In this document: in pieces, positions 47,601 through 60,206 of the stretch
How the letters are laid out: each line of letters opens with the position of its first letter
Numbering within the stretch: the first letter of the stretch is position 1
NCBI GenBank assembly: GCA_029953675.1
Contig: JAMWBK010000004.1
Span: 2,046,001-2,110,000 of the forward strand
Reading direction: 5' to 3'
Length of the DNA: 64,000 nucleotides
DNA from: Rhodosorus marinus CCMP1338
Lineage: Eukaryota > Plantae > Rhodophyta
Position numbers and translations under genes: made by a program
The notes under the pieces: generated by a model
What the model was told of the DNA's origin: nothing
What the model saw: only the letters and a program-made list of their open reading frames with translations
The model's database searches: none

Positions 47601-49501
47601 CTCGAGGGTGGACAAGTCTTTGCTCGGGTTGGAGCTGGTTGATTTGGAACTTGCAGGCCACGTTGGGTCTTGGCTGACCGACCGGTTGACTGATCTTTGT
47701 GCTTCGGATAAGCTCATGGCCTCAAAAGAGGAGATCAGCTCAGATTCTCACTTCTTCCACGGTGAGCGGTACAGGGGATAAGCATGACTTTGGCCCTTTC
47801 CCAATTTGGGGCTTAACTCGGTCCGAATTGATTTTCCCAGGAATGGTTCAGGAGGACTATCAAATCGTCTCCCGAGTAGTACACTATAGGAGGCGAGTTA
47901 CGATACGGGAAGCTGAGTTGTCCCGGTTTCGATGCTCATGGAGACCTTTGTATGGGTTGAGTTTAAGGAGTGCGGTGACAATAACCAGTCAACTGCAGGA
48001 AGCAAAGGTTTGTTGCCTAGTACTCGTTGAATTTGGATGGCTTGAATTCGGATAGCGCGTGGGATTATAAGCTGAAGTGACTCGCGATTATTTTCTCCTC
48101 AGGAAAACTTCCAGAAAAACCGCTGGGATGGTTTCAACAACAGCATTCTACCACTGCTCCCAACCTTGAACACGTTCGCAAATGCAGCACTCCCAATAAC
48201 GGAACGGTTTTGCACATGCATTACCCCAGCGCTTTCATCCGGAAGTAGACTGAGCTACAAAGGCAAGCAAAGAGCCGCGAATATTGAGTCGCGCGCGTTT
48301 CGCGAAGTCCAAGCGTACTCGAGACCTGTTGAAAACGCATTTCGATCAGCCTTCGTAAGACAAAGAGTAGCACTTCCGGACGCGCGACTTGTGCAATGGG
48401 ATTGTGGCAAGCTCCAGGTTCGTGGACGTTAGCGGACTTTTCCTAAGTTCTTCTTGAAAATTTAAACTCGGTTCACGTCCGTGTTCCAGGCTCTAAGCAA
48501 GCTATTGGTTACTCTCAAGGAGGGGAAACACCGCTGCTTAATATTTACACAAATGTCGAAAGTCCTTGATATTTTGGAGAGCTTTTTGAACCTTCATCGT
48601 CATCGGTATTTACGACTCGATGGGAGTACCAAGACGGAAGACCGACAAAAACTAACAGAGCGGTAGGAAATTCGAGCAGTCATAGTTCATGTGTGAATGG
48701 AGTCCGTAGAGAAAAAGGAACTGAGGTCAGCTCAGTGTCTAACCAATATTCGTCGTTACTTCAGGTTCAATACGGACGATAGGATATTCTGCTTCATTCT
48801 TACAACAAGAGCAGGTGGTGTGGGTCTTAATTTGACAGGCGCAGACTGTGTCTTGTTCTACGATAACGATTGGAACCCTCAGGTAGATGCTCAGGCACAG
48901 GATCGCGCCCACCGGATTGGACAGACAAGAACCGTTCACATCTATCGACTCGTAAGTGAGAAAACCATCGAGGAGAACATTCTGGCCAAAGCCGATCAGA
49001 AGCGAAGCCTGGAGTCCATCGTCATACAACAGTACGTACCAGAAACATAGCTTCATTCCACAGAGAAATCTGTAGTCTGGCTAACTTGGACTGCGTTTCG
49101 TCAGGGCCGGGTTCAACAAGGACGGATTCGAGAAGCTGAACGTCATGGACATTCTGAAACCGACGGAAGGACCGGATGGCCCCGTGGATGGAGGAATCAA
49201 TACCGAAATGGGCGCTGCCCTTGAAGTGGACGAGGACGTTATTGCTATACAGGAGCGGGCTTTGGCAATAGAAGTAAGCCATTTCGCCCCCACCTCTCTC
49301 TCTCGTCATTCAAATTTCCTTTGCTGAACTATTGTGTTCGTCCTCACACAGGATTTTGGAGAAGAACCAACCGCAAAAGCAGACACTCAAGCAAACCAGA
49401 CCATGTCGTTGGCGGACATTGAAAAGTCGTTAACCGCAATTCAAAGATATGCGCTGGATACGTTTAGGTTGTTCTATAACTTCACAGCAACTAACTCTTG
49501 A
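41683..49501 (+). CDS. SWR1: SWR1/PIE1/SRCAP-family SNF2 chromatin remodeller (H2A.Z deposition); many exons
   Basis: HSA domain ([20 protein letters not shown]), [61 protein letters not shown], split ATPase insert, [31 protein letters not shown] and [10 protein letters not shown]. Start and end are approximate. Confidence 0.97.
45243..45345 (+). repeat. 51-bp in-frame tandem duplication inside a SWR1 exon ([12 protein letters not shown](E/G)RRV x2)
   Basis: Units start at 45243 and 45294. Confidence 0.95.
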
Positions 49502-49503
49502 AG

Positions 49504-49547
49504 AAAGATTTACCTAACTAGTAAAAGATTTACCTAATCAGTAAAAG
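49504..49547. repeat. 20-bp tandem duplication immediately after the apparent SWR1 stop
   Basis: aaagatttacctaactagta followed by aaagatttacctaatcagta. Confidence 0.9.
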
Positions 49548-50390
49548 TCTTAAAAAATAAATTTTTTAAAGCTTGCTCGTTCTGATCCACGTCCAGCCGC
49601 GTGGGGACGAAAGCCAGCCCCAATCTGAGGCGTTCAAATCAAGCTGCTTAGCTCGACATACTGAGATTTTGACTGGTCAGGTTCTAGTCAGCGGCGCTCG
49701 CGATTACCAATGCTCGCAAATCGGTTCCCGCAATTTAATCCAAATCAGGCACCCCCTTCGCCTATTGCTCTCTACCATGCCTGAGCCGATACAGCCCACT
49801 TCGTGTCTGTCGGGTAACCCATTGTCGGACGGGTACGAGCAATCCAGATAAATCACGACATAATAGCATGCAGGTTATCTACTAGCTGATCTGTAAATAG
49901 GCTTGAAAGAACTGCTTACTCCCTCGCAGTAAAAGCTCATGAAGAAGATCCCCGGCGGCCTCTGTGGCCAATGACTAGGAACCAAAAAATGCCACCTTTA
50001 ATCGTATCTCCTTCGGACAATTAAAATGCTAAATCGCGGATGAAACAAAACAAAAAAGCAAGCTGTGCTTAACCCCACTGGCATAGGCCAGGCCAGAAGG
50101 ATTCTTTTCAACCTTCGCAAGTTTGCAACCACCTGCGGACACTGCAAAAAAAAAATACGTTCTACTAAAATCGTCCTTATCCACTCAATGCGTTGATCAG
50201 CCCTCTCGAGAACGTCGATGCGTCACCATCAAATCACGTCTTGCTCCAACTATACTTTCGCACGGCTAATTACAAGCTGGCTAAAATCAAAGTGGTCAAG
50301 ATCAAGACCATCTGATCCGTACATTCGCAGAACCAGTGAGATACGGTTGTTCCCCTTCGACAAACGTACCGCTGCGAACGCACAACCGCA

Positions 50391-53300
50391 TTAGGCTGTG
50401 ACACTCGGGGGCCTCACATGGGTCCAAGTAGGCTTCTTAAGCGTACGATCCTTCGATGGAACAAAGTCAACGCCACGACTAGCCAAGCTTGCAGCATCAG
50501 CACGTGAGGCCCCGTGCGGAATTGAGCTCACAGCAGCGTATCCAGTCGGTACCAGTGCTGCTGGTAGCTTTGTCTGAGCATGCAGCCTAAGCCATTCTTC
50601 GCTGCATCTGGCACCTACGATGCGTGCCAAGAAGAAGTTGGTTACTAAGAACGCGCGCGCTCTAGGATGGAAATGAGCTTACCTTTTGCCAGCACGACGC
50701 GGCTATGGATGTCTACACCGCCCTTTGGATTATCAACAGTATAGGCGATACAGTCTTCGACCGCCGGATGCATGACCATCGCATCCTCAACCTCATCAAG
50801 GTCGATCATGATCTCCTTTGTCACGACATCCGGGTCATCGAAGTCGTCCAAGTCAAGTCCCGCAGCACGATATACGGTTTCTGTGGGCGCGGGGGCCCTT
50901 GCTCCTGCGTCTTCCTTCATTTGCGTAGCCATTGTAGCTGAAGCGACGGCGAGAGTGCTCTGCAGGACACAAACGGATGAATCGATTAGTAACAATAATC
51001 AGCTACAGAACCGGGAGAGTCCTTTCTCTCACCGCTCCAGCCGCTGCAACCGCCAGCGATTTAGTATTGTCATGGGCCTTTTCGGCCCCAGAATGCAGTC
51101 CCCTGGTTTGCGCCTTCAAAGCCGCAGAATCGTCGCCAGCTGCGTTGGCCTCCAGGAGAACCTTTTCAATCGCTTCTAGGTTATACTCAGTGAATTGCGG
51201 GGTGGAAGCAATTCTATAAGCATCCTCTCTTAGCACGAGCGCCTCTTGCTCCAACTAGGATTAAAAGGTGAAACCGATACAAAGGTCAGAAAAATGTGAC
51301 GTGTGTGTGCGGCGTCTAACTAACTCAGGTAATTTTCATGCTTACCTCTGCACGACGAGCTTTTCCGTCCTCAACTCGTTTCCTCAACTCGACGTGCTCC
51401 TTTGGGTACACAGCGAGCAGCTTCTCCTGGATTGGGCTCTGTTTTGATTGAAGCACTTGCAGCTCTGACAAAGCCTTCGCATAACTCTCCTTGTCCGTTT
51501 GAGAGCGCTTTTGATGCATGATGAGCATTGCACTTAGCGTATCGTCGAGGTGCAGATACATCTTCCTCTTCCAAGCCAGGTTCTCCTCCTCGATGTCCCT
51601 GAGCCTAGTTTGATGATCCTCAAGCATTCTCGTCTGCTCAGCCAACTAAAATAACGGAACAAAAACGAAAGCAAGACGCTTTAGCCGGAGCTGCTAGCCC
51701 TCAAATAAACCCTTGAGAGGTCAATTACCGCGGCTTCGGTTTCCGCGAGATTCTCCTTCTCCCAGTCGATGAGCGTTTCTGTTTTCACTTCTCTCTCAGT
51801 TAAGATCAGGCCGCGCTTGAGCTCATCTGCTTTCCGGATCTCAAGATATGCGAACGCCAGTGCGAACTCGTCCTCACGAATCTTCCTGTCCGCCTCCAGA
51901 GTCTTCAAATACTCTGCGGCCTGTCTCTGTTTCTCCTCTTCAAGAAGCATGTCGTAGTGTCCCTTACGGGCGATGTAAGCCTCATCAAGTTTCCGCTCTA
52001 TATCTCGCTGATGGATAGCCCGAAGAGAGGAGAGTTCCTGTTCGCGTATTTTCTTCAGCCTCTGACGGTCTTCAAGCAACTTCACGCTACCCTCGGTCTT
52101 GAGCTTCTCCTCCTCTTCGGCGAGCTTCCGCAAGAATTCTTCCTCAACCGTCTTTCTTGTCTCCATCATGTCCTTTTCGCTCATCGCGATAACGCAGTAT
52201 ACTTCTTCTTCTGCCTCGCTCACTGCTCCAGCGGTGTCTATGTCCGGTATCGATTGCAAGACCGCTTCGATTGCGTCTTGTTCCTCCTCGTCGTTGTAGT
52301 AGTAAATAAAGCTGACATTGTTGAAGCGTACAGTGCGACCCATTTTCGCCTTGAAGGTATCTGGTGGTGGGATGTCCGTAGACTCTATCCTACGCACAAA
52401 TACTCGCTTCATGTCTTCTGAAGTAGTGCGAGGTTGATCGTTTCCCATGAACTGCGTTATGGTCATCCATTCCTGGTGATATTTGTCATTCTCGAGATCC
52501 TTCAAAGTCAGCTCCTGTCCATGCAACGTAGAAACAACCATCCAGGTACCGGCGGCCATGGCAGGAACCGCAACTCCGGCAGCGATGTCGGTCGCGGAAG
52601 GAAGAGTCTCCCTCGCTATCTCCGCACTTGCCTGTCTCGCTGCCAGTTCCTCCGAAGCCTTTCGTGCGTTCTCTAAATCTTCCTGTCTTCTCGCAGCTTG
52701 CTTCGCCGCCAACTCCGAGTCGAGTGCTCTTTCGCGATCTGACTCTGCGGCTAACCTGGCGGCCTCCGCGGCCTCCGCAGCTGCCAGAGCGGCCATTCGC
52801 CTCTCCTCTTCTTCCAGCTGAGACTGACGCCGAGCTTCTACTTCAGCTTTCCTGGCATCCCTAGCAGTACCATGCAATATAAGACATCCGTTCTCATCCA
52901 ATTCTCCGCGGTCACCGGTCGCAAACCATTCCTCAACCTCGTCTTCTCGGTTAAATGTGAGGATTTTCCCAAATTTGTTCTCCATCTCATCGTTGAGGTA
53001 GCCAACGGTCACGTTGTCGCCCATCACCGCGATATCCCCGATCTCGCCTGGTCCCAGCATCTCCCTGTTCTCCGGGTCGGTACTGAAAATTGCAATGTCC
53101 AAACCATCGCAGGTCTGTCCAAGAGTTCCATGCTTCACATGTTCTAGCGTGTTAGAAGAAGCTATTCCTGAACACTCTGGAAGTCCATATGATTCTAGTA
53201 TCGGCACCCCGATGGTCTCCTCATATGAACCAATCTCTTTCGAGTCCATGAACAGACCAGATAGCCGAATAAATCTGAGCGTTGTTCCTGCAGTTGGCGG

Positions 53301-54413
53301 AGCCGGGTTGGCTTCTTTTATCTCGTGCAACACAGTAGCGTCTGTTGAGAACCAGGAAATACCATGTTCCTGGACCAAATCCCAGAAAGTGACAGGATCG
53401 AACTGCCCCCCCGGGGGTATTACAAGCATACCACCTGAATAGAAAGAAGTCAAGAGGACCAGAATACCGTGCACTGCGTGAATGGGCTTCTGCCAAATTG
53501 TAGCACCCGACGAATGCAGTTCGTAAGTTTGGAAAAATATTTTCGCAGCGCTGCAGATATTCCTGTGCGTTAGAGGAAGAACAAGAAGATCAACGTCCGC
53601 TGCAGTGGCCAGGACAGCATCCTAACGGGAAAACAAAAACTCCGATGAATCAGTGGAAATCTCAGTCGAAATTCTTTTCTCTGCAAAAGAACGAACCTCG
53701 TCGTCATCTAAAGTGTAGTCCGAGGCACCTCCATGCCACGCCGGCTCTCCGATGGGCCCCCCACCAGCGTCCAAGGTGACCCCGTGATTCGTAGAACGAG
53801 CGGTCGACCAAAGCTTCAACTCCATCGACGTTGCCACCGCAGCTGCCTTTGTGTACACATCCGTGTCAGTTCTCGCCTTGGGAAGTATGTGTTGTGTGAT
53901 AATCAAAGCTGCCCTGAGGTTTTCCACGGCTGCCTTAATTTGGTCAACATCCAACTCGGGATTTACCGGGGCAGCGATAGCATGGACCCATTCAATGGCG
54001 AGGAACGTGACGACAGCCTCCACGCTATTGTTGAAGAGCATTGCAACTCTCGTTTTCGGTCGCACCCCGTTCGACCTCAGCGTATGCGCAACATCCTCTA
54101 TCTACAAGGTCAGCCGAGAAGGCCTGTTAGCTTCCAACTTTTAACAAGTACTATCTTGGAACTGACGAGACGACCCTACCATCTTATAGACCTCGATGTG
54201 GCTATAAACGACTTTTCGACCTTCCGCGGAGGTAAAGGATATGGCAGGCTTCGCTGCATACTTGCTTTTTGGGAGATCCTTAACGATGTGCAGCCTTACA
54301 ATCTCCTCGACTTCATCAGCACTGAGCTCGTTGATAAAAGCTGACTTCTTCCTCATCAGCAAGACTTGCTCGGTCTTCTTAGAATCTTGATGATGCAGAT
54401 TGTTATCCGCCAT
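50391..54413 (-). CDS. AAE3/PCS60-like adenylate-forming enzyme fold, predicted inactive, with about 600 aa of coiled coil inserted at the hinge; seven exons
   Basis: Collinear with oxalate-CoA ligase: AAPVNP, PLTHRNI, PIHAVHG, GGQFDPVTFW, LRFIR, PILESYG, GDNVTVGY, WFATGDRGELDENGCL; after the insert come IDLDEVEDAMVMHPAVED and EEWLRLHAQTKLPAALVP. All introns are GT-AG and keep the frame. Confidence 0.88.
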
Positions 54414-55799
54414 TTTTTTTTCCCTCAAAACCACTTGCACGCAACTAATCTCACTACGGCAGACAAAACTCCGCCCCCCTCCCACACCCCCTCAGACCCA
54501 CCTAAACCAGTCCTCGGACTCAAACCTGAGAATCCCCGACCAATTACCTCTCACATCATCTTCAAGACTCCACCACCTCCCTTCCTCATATAACCCCTTC
54601 CGCAGCCTTGCCCAAAATCCCTTCCGAAAAAGCAATCACGCTTCCTCCCCCAACCACTAACAACCCCCTTAACCCCTCCCTCATCAACCAAAAACCCCCA
54701 AAAGCCCATCCCCCCTCCTTTTTGCGGATCTCCACTTCAAAACCAGAAAAACTGGGCCTATCCTCAAAACAATCGAATTCAAAAAAAACAACCCCCCCGG
54801 AAGGCCCCTCCTAAAAACATTCGGACCACTTCCATTGATAATCCGATATTTTAAAACAATTTTCTTGGCCAGAAAACACTACAGCCATCGCAATACTGCC
54901 CAATGATGCTTTTCCCTCGAAAAGTACATTTGGAATGCTTGTCCAAAAATCTGCATTAAACTAATCAAAAAACTGAAAATGATCGTATTTCCCCCCTCCC
55001 AGATATTCCCCATATTCCCGGTATTGCTCACAACACCCCCCCCCCCCTTGTCCATCCTACCGTTTTTTAAATTTTCCACAGCAATCTAGATTAACTATTT
55101 TCCGGGGGTGTGAAAAAGGCTTTAATAAATTTCATCATTCAGATTCCATCTGAGGAAAAACAACTTTCCACCCGTTAGAGTTCGTATATGAATTGTCCAC
55201 CCGTTTTAAAGATCGGATTCAGAACCCCAGTAGGAGAGAGGTCTTGAGATCAAATACAAAACACACACAGGCTCGGAACTGTTCTCAGATGCCATTCATA
55301 TTTCAGTAGAAAACCGAAGTCGCCTAGAGATATCTAAAGAAGAGCTTCCATCACCATATTAATTATCATTATTAAAGTAGCATAGGATCAGATCCACAGA
55401 ATATGCGTATTATTCTTAATAAAGATCTACTATTGAATAACCGTAATTAAAATATTTCCTTTCTCTAAATCTAAGAATTGCTCGGTTTGGAGAGAGCGAT
55501 TTCACAATGAATTGTTTTATTGTTGTTTTTCAACGTTTCCTCTAAACGACCAGAATCGAAGGGTAGGATGGACTTTCCTTTTTTGTTGTTTTATGTTGGA
55601 TTTTCTACCCCCCCGCCGTCGGCGATGTGGAAAAGCTTAGGAAATGGATGGAAACTATGGGGAAAGGGATTGGTACTGGGGTTGGCGTGGTGAGGTGGTC
55701 ATCCTACTGGTGCAGGGGTCGTTGGGATGGTCGAGGAGTTAGGTGAGCAGGATAGGCGAAGGGTTGTATCAATTTCCTGGTACGAAGTGGTTTTGAAAC

Positions 55800-56297
55800 A
55801 TGGTAAGTCGGACACTGGGAACGTTAAGAGTAGCGTGCGGTAATGTTTTGCCGGCTGCGTGGGATGGAGAGTATTCTTTTGTTAATCAAGTTTATTATAT
55901 TTGTGTTGAAATTGTGTAGACGAAAGGAACGACGAGTTTTGGTAAGAGGACTTCGAAGAGTCACACTCTTTGTGTGAGGTGTCCGCGAAGGTCCTTCCAT
56001 ATTCAGAAGTCGAGGTGCGCTTCTTGTGGTTACCCGGCTGCGAGAAAGAGGACTTGTAAGCATTCTTTCAAAGCTTTATGTGAGAGAACAGCTGATGCTG
56101 AGGGTTTATGGGGATGTTTGTTCTTATTTTTGTTGTGATCTCACTGTACTCTAGACAACTGGTCGGTTAAGTCGAAGAGGAGAAGGACTCAGGGCACTGG
56201 CCGCATGCGCCACATGAAGCACATTAATAGGCGCTTCAAGAACGGCTTCCGAACAGGAACAGCTGCCGCAAAGCCGGCTAGCGCTGCAGCTGCGTAA
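55800..56297 (+). CDS. RPL37: 60S ribosomal protein eL37; three exons, the first being ATG only
   Basis: ATG|gtaagt ... [45 protein letters not shown]|[33 protein letters not shown]. Missed by the ORF track. Confidence 0.96.
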
Positions 56298-56614
56298 CTT
56301 TGTTGTGCATTTGCGGACATAATATGGGTTGTCTTTGTGAGCATGGTTTGTTTTTGACTCGGTACTGAATAATACACAAGTGTTTATCTTGAAGTACGTT
56401 TCCATCGCTTCTCATCGATGGTTCTTTGGATTCCGATGAGACCCGATTTACTTTGTAGAATCTGAACTAAGGAGGACAGCTTCCTGTCGGATGATGAACG
56501 TCTCAACCGTTTCTTTTTATCCGACGCATCGGGCACACAATTCTTCACTCGCCGCTTTGAGCCTTTGTTCTTTTCCATATGCTTGCGGGAGAGACGCAGA
56601 AATTGTTTATTTGA

Positions 56615-57067
56615 ATGTGTGCCACTCGTTTCATCTGCCAGGATCGTCACTCGCACACACGGAAATATGAAAGCGAAAACCACCACGGTGATTGCACAGT
56701 AATGTTCACCGTACAGCGAGCTCCTGTTTGTTTCAAATACGCGGCGACGGACTCGTCCTTATCGATAGCTCTTAAGAAGACATACGGAAGAATTCCCCTG
56801 GACAAAGCTCGCATAGAACGAGCACTAGTCCGGCCAAGAACGTTCCCAGTATGTCGTGAAATCTATGACCACCTTTCTTCAACCACAATGGAGCTGTTGT
56901 GGGTGCATTTACCCGCTCACAAAGAGTCGTCAACACGAGAAACCTCTCCTCAAGACCATCGTTTGATCGAGGATACAGAAATGACTGTTTTCAATAGATT
57001 CGAAAACTCAAAGAAGGGAGGTGACACTGAAAATGAAAATATTCATACCCGTTTCGCACGTGGTTGA
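56615..57067 (+). CDS. Hypothetical protein (150 aa)
   Basis: Open ORF between RPL37 and POLD4. No motif recognised. Confidence 0.2.
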   Translation: MCATRFICQDRHSHTRKYESENHHGDCTVMFTVQRAPVCFKYAATDSSLSIALKKTYGRIPLDKARIERALVRPRTFPVCREIYDHLSSTTMELLWVHLPAHKESSTRETSPQDHRLIEDTEMTVFNRFENSKKGGDTENENIHTRFARG

Positions 57068-57259
57068 AAAAGGGATCCAATTTAGTAATATAAATAATAT
57101 TCTCGCCAAATGAAATACGAAGGCAAAAATAGTGCTTTAAGAGTCATCTTTGCAGGGTTGGAATTCTTCGCGCACATTTTTCTTTGTGCGGGAAGAACTT
57201 GAGGAAGGTGGGTGGAGGTTGGGAAGGAGTTCCTGCTTTTGCTTTGGACAGTTTTCATC

Positions 57260-57962
57260 ATGGAGAGGTATGCTCGAATTCAGAAAACTCCTGCAAAGGA
57301 GTTTCGAAGAGGTCCTAAGGAGAAGGAGGAGCCTCAGAAGGTTGAAACCGGATATGGTGACGGTGAGGTTGATGCTCATGAAATGGGACAAAGCTTGTCC
57401 CGGTATTTTCCCAGAGCAGAATTCTGACTATGCACAGAAAGCGATACTTTGGAGGTCATCTGCTCCACCGTACTAACGATCCGATTCCATTTCCCGGTGT
57501 TTTACTGATCAGTGACTGAAGGGCTAGCGGCAGAAGCTCGAGAGCACGAGGCGAATGAACACAAGCTCAGAATGGTAAGCAAGGTTGATAGAATACAAAT
57601 CCATTAAGCGATCTAGCAGTATCCTGATCGCGTTGTTTTCGTTTCTCAGTTCGACTTGGACCCTCGGTACGGACCGTTTATTGGTGTAGGTGAGTTTCAA
57701 AGTGACCGCCAGTTAAAACTGTCCTCCCACGAGCTTGTCGCGCTTCCTACTGCCTTTCATTTCTAGTAGCTTTCTGTAGAATATGAAAAGCATTAGGACT
57801 TCTCAGTCCGATTTTCTTAAGATTTTCTTACGTTCACTTGCTACCGCATGAGAAGGACGGATGGAGCGATGGGAAAGAGCGCAGAGTTACGGGTTAGACC
57901 CTCCTAATTACGTGCGCGAGCTTCTCCAAACTGGAAAATACGAGACGGAAGGCAGACTTTGA
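57260..57962 (+). CDS. POLD4: DNA polymerase delta subunit 4 (p12/Cdm1); four exons
   Basis: Spliced: ..HKLRM|FDLDPRYGPFIGV|GRMERWERAQSYGLDPPNYVRELL, matching the family motif FDL...YGP..G..R..RW.RA...GL.PP..V. Confidence 0.87.
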
Positions 57963-58235
57963 GGCGCAGAGGGCATTTCATAGAAAGTCTTGTTAACAGA
58001 ACGCCGTTAGCAGTATAATTCTGGTTGTTGTTTTTTTATTTTTCCCATGGATATCGTTAAGGAATATATTGTTCAGGGTATTTAAAGCAAAGAGTGATGA
58101 GAGTTTGCAAGGCATCGCTAAGAAATTATTTTCTCTCACAAATTTCAGAAGGAACATAATGCGCCCTCGCACTATATTCGCGAGTTTTCGATCGCTACAT
58201 GAGATGAAGAATCACAGACTCAGGAGAGGTCCCGT

Positions 58236-58436
58236 TTAGCACTGAATGAAGAACCTTCGGTGGCACATCTCTGTGAAAATAGCAATAACAAGCAATAAGA
58301 ACAGCACCATGGCGTCAGAACGCTCCCCACCGAACACATTCCTCTCTTGGTTGTCATCATCCTGTTCTTCAGGTGCTCTCTTCCCCGGAGGAACTCCTTG
58401 ACTGCTCCCGCTCCCACCTGGTCTCTCACCTTCCAT
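58236..58436 (-). CDS. Small protein with a C-terminal hydrophobic helix (66 aa)
   Basis: ATG-initiated ORF ending AMVLFLLLVIAIFTEMCHRRFFIQC, preceded by a G/T-rich leader like the other genes here. Confidence 0.3.
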   Translation of the reverse strand: MEGERPGGSGSSQGVPPGKRAPEEQDDDNQERNVFGGERSDAMVLFLLLVIAIFTEMCHRRFFIQC

Positions 58437-60206
58437 TCTCACCTCCCTCAAAATATTAAATACAACACCACAATCACCCTGCTGATCTGAAAAGAAACTA
58501 GATTCCCAACCGTTACCGCTATCAGCCTCCTCCGAACACACTTCCAATCTCCAACCCGACACACCATGCGACCTCAAACCGACCCCATCTACTACACATC
58601 TGTCGGCTTCCTGCCACACTTCGCAAGCACGACCAAATGTGGCCAATTTTCCACATTCAACAAAACCCTTATTTTCAGGGCAACTCAAGACTCAACAAAA
58701 AAAAAAGTAACCAAATATACCGAAAAAAGCAGAAGATAATCAATCTTTATCCAATATTTGATTGATTCAGTCACTTCATCGATTCAGGATCGCTTTTATA
58801 TCTATTTTGACCTCGAGTGATTTCCTCATTGGTTAGACGATGTTTGTCAATCGTAGACGTTCTAAGCTCTTAAATAATTGACCAACAATGAGGAATTGGA
58901 ATTTGGACTGTCGTTAATATGTATGAGTTTTACGATGAAGAAACTCGAATATAGTAACCAATCAAAATAGAGCCGTCCGAAGATTTCCTGTTTTGGACCG
59001 AATGAAGTGGGATTGAGTTTCTGCCATGACTTGAGCACGCTGCACGCTTTGCGACAGGGGCAATCTATCTCCCCAGGTATTCGGGAGGTGTCCCGCTCAG
59101 CACTGAACGAGGAACCTTAGGTGGAAGTCCTAAGTAGATGTGGGGACAAGTAGGCATGAGATTATCTCTGTCATCGACGAATAGACTGAGGTAGAACCGA
59201 TGTAGACTCAAAGCTTTTCCAGACTTGTGAACCATTGAGTTCTTGCTAAAAGACGAGCAGTTTGCTTCTTTTGCTCAGTTCTACCACATGTACGACCAAT
59301 AGATGCGCGATCTGGCAAGTCCATGTTCAGTTTTATCAGCTCTGCTAGGTAGACAATAATTGCATCATTCTTGGATCTCTGCTCAAGTAGCAGCCTTGAT
59401 CAGGCATTATGCAATCCGCTTGCGCAATGCAAGTCATCGCCATGAACCATGCTCTCCCAGAAAGTCGCAGCTATTGCAAGCCGCTGCAGTGCAGGGGCTC
59501 GTCCCCTTTCGTTTATTATAGAAAAAACAAAATAAATCACGAGGGCAATTTCTCCCCTCATATTCTGCACAGCATCCCAGTCCTCTTAATCATCAGAAAA
59601 CCTGTCCCCACCCTACTTGCGAGCCATATCTCCTAATCTGAAGAAAAATATTGGTCCATTTTTTCTTTTTGTTGAAAATCACAATAGGGGTAACCATTTA
59701 GGACCTGAAGCGAGCATCTAAATAAACGGTAAAAAGATCCGATCAGCGTCTCACTTTTACTATAGGTCATAAATGGCACTTCATGCTCCTCGGAAATGCA
59801 CCTGCATGACCAGATTGAGACAAATGATAGACTATATAGTTCTAGTTAACGAATATAGGAAATATATTATATCTTAATGGAGGTATTTTAGAAGTATCTT
59901 TCTAATTGTAGAGAAAGTGTATCTGGTTTCAAGGAGCGGAATTTGGATATTGTTTTGTCAAAATGTGAGCAAGAGGTGAGAGAGTGTCCTCTGAGCGATG
60001 TGACCCGCTTCTATGTTTTGAGGGCTTTGGAGTGCTGTTGAGGACCTAATGGGATCTCTTGTTTTTGGTATATAATCAGTATTGAGGAAGGGAGTCTGAA
60101 TGAGAACGTTTGGAGGGACTTGCGGTAGTGAACGAGGCTTGGAAAGATCGAGTTTGAGCCATTTGATTAGTTTTTAAAGGAGTCAGATTTGTTTCCTAAG
60201 GCGGGC

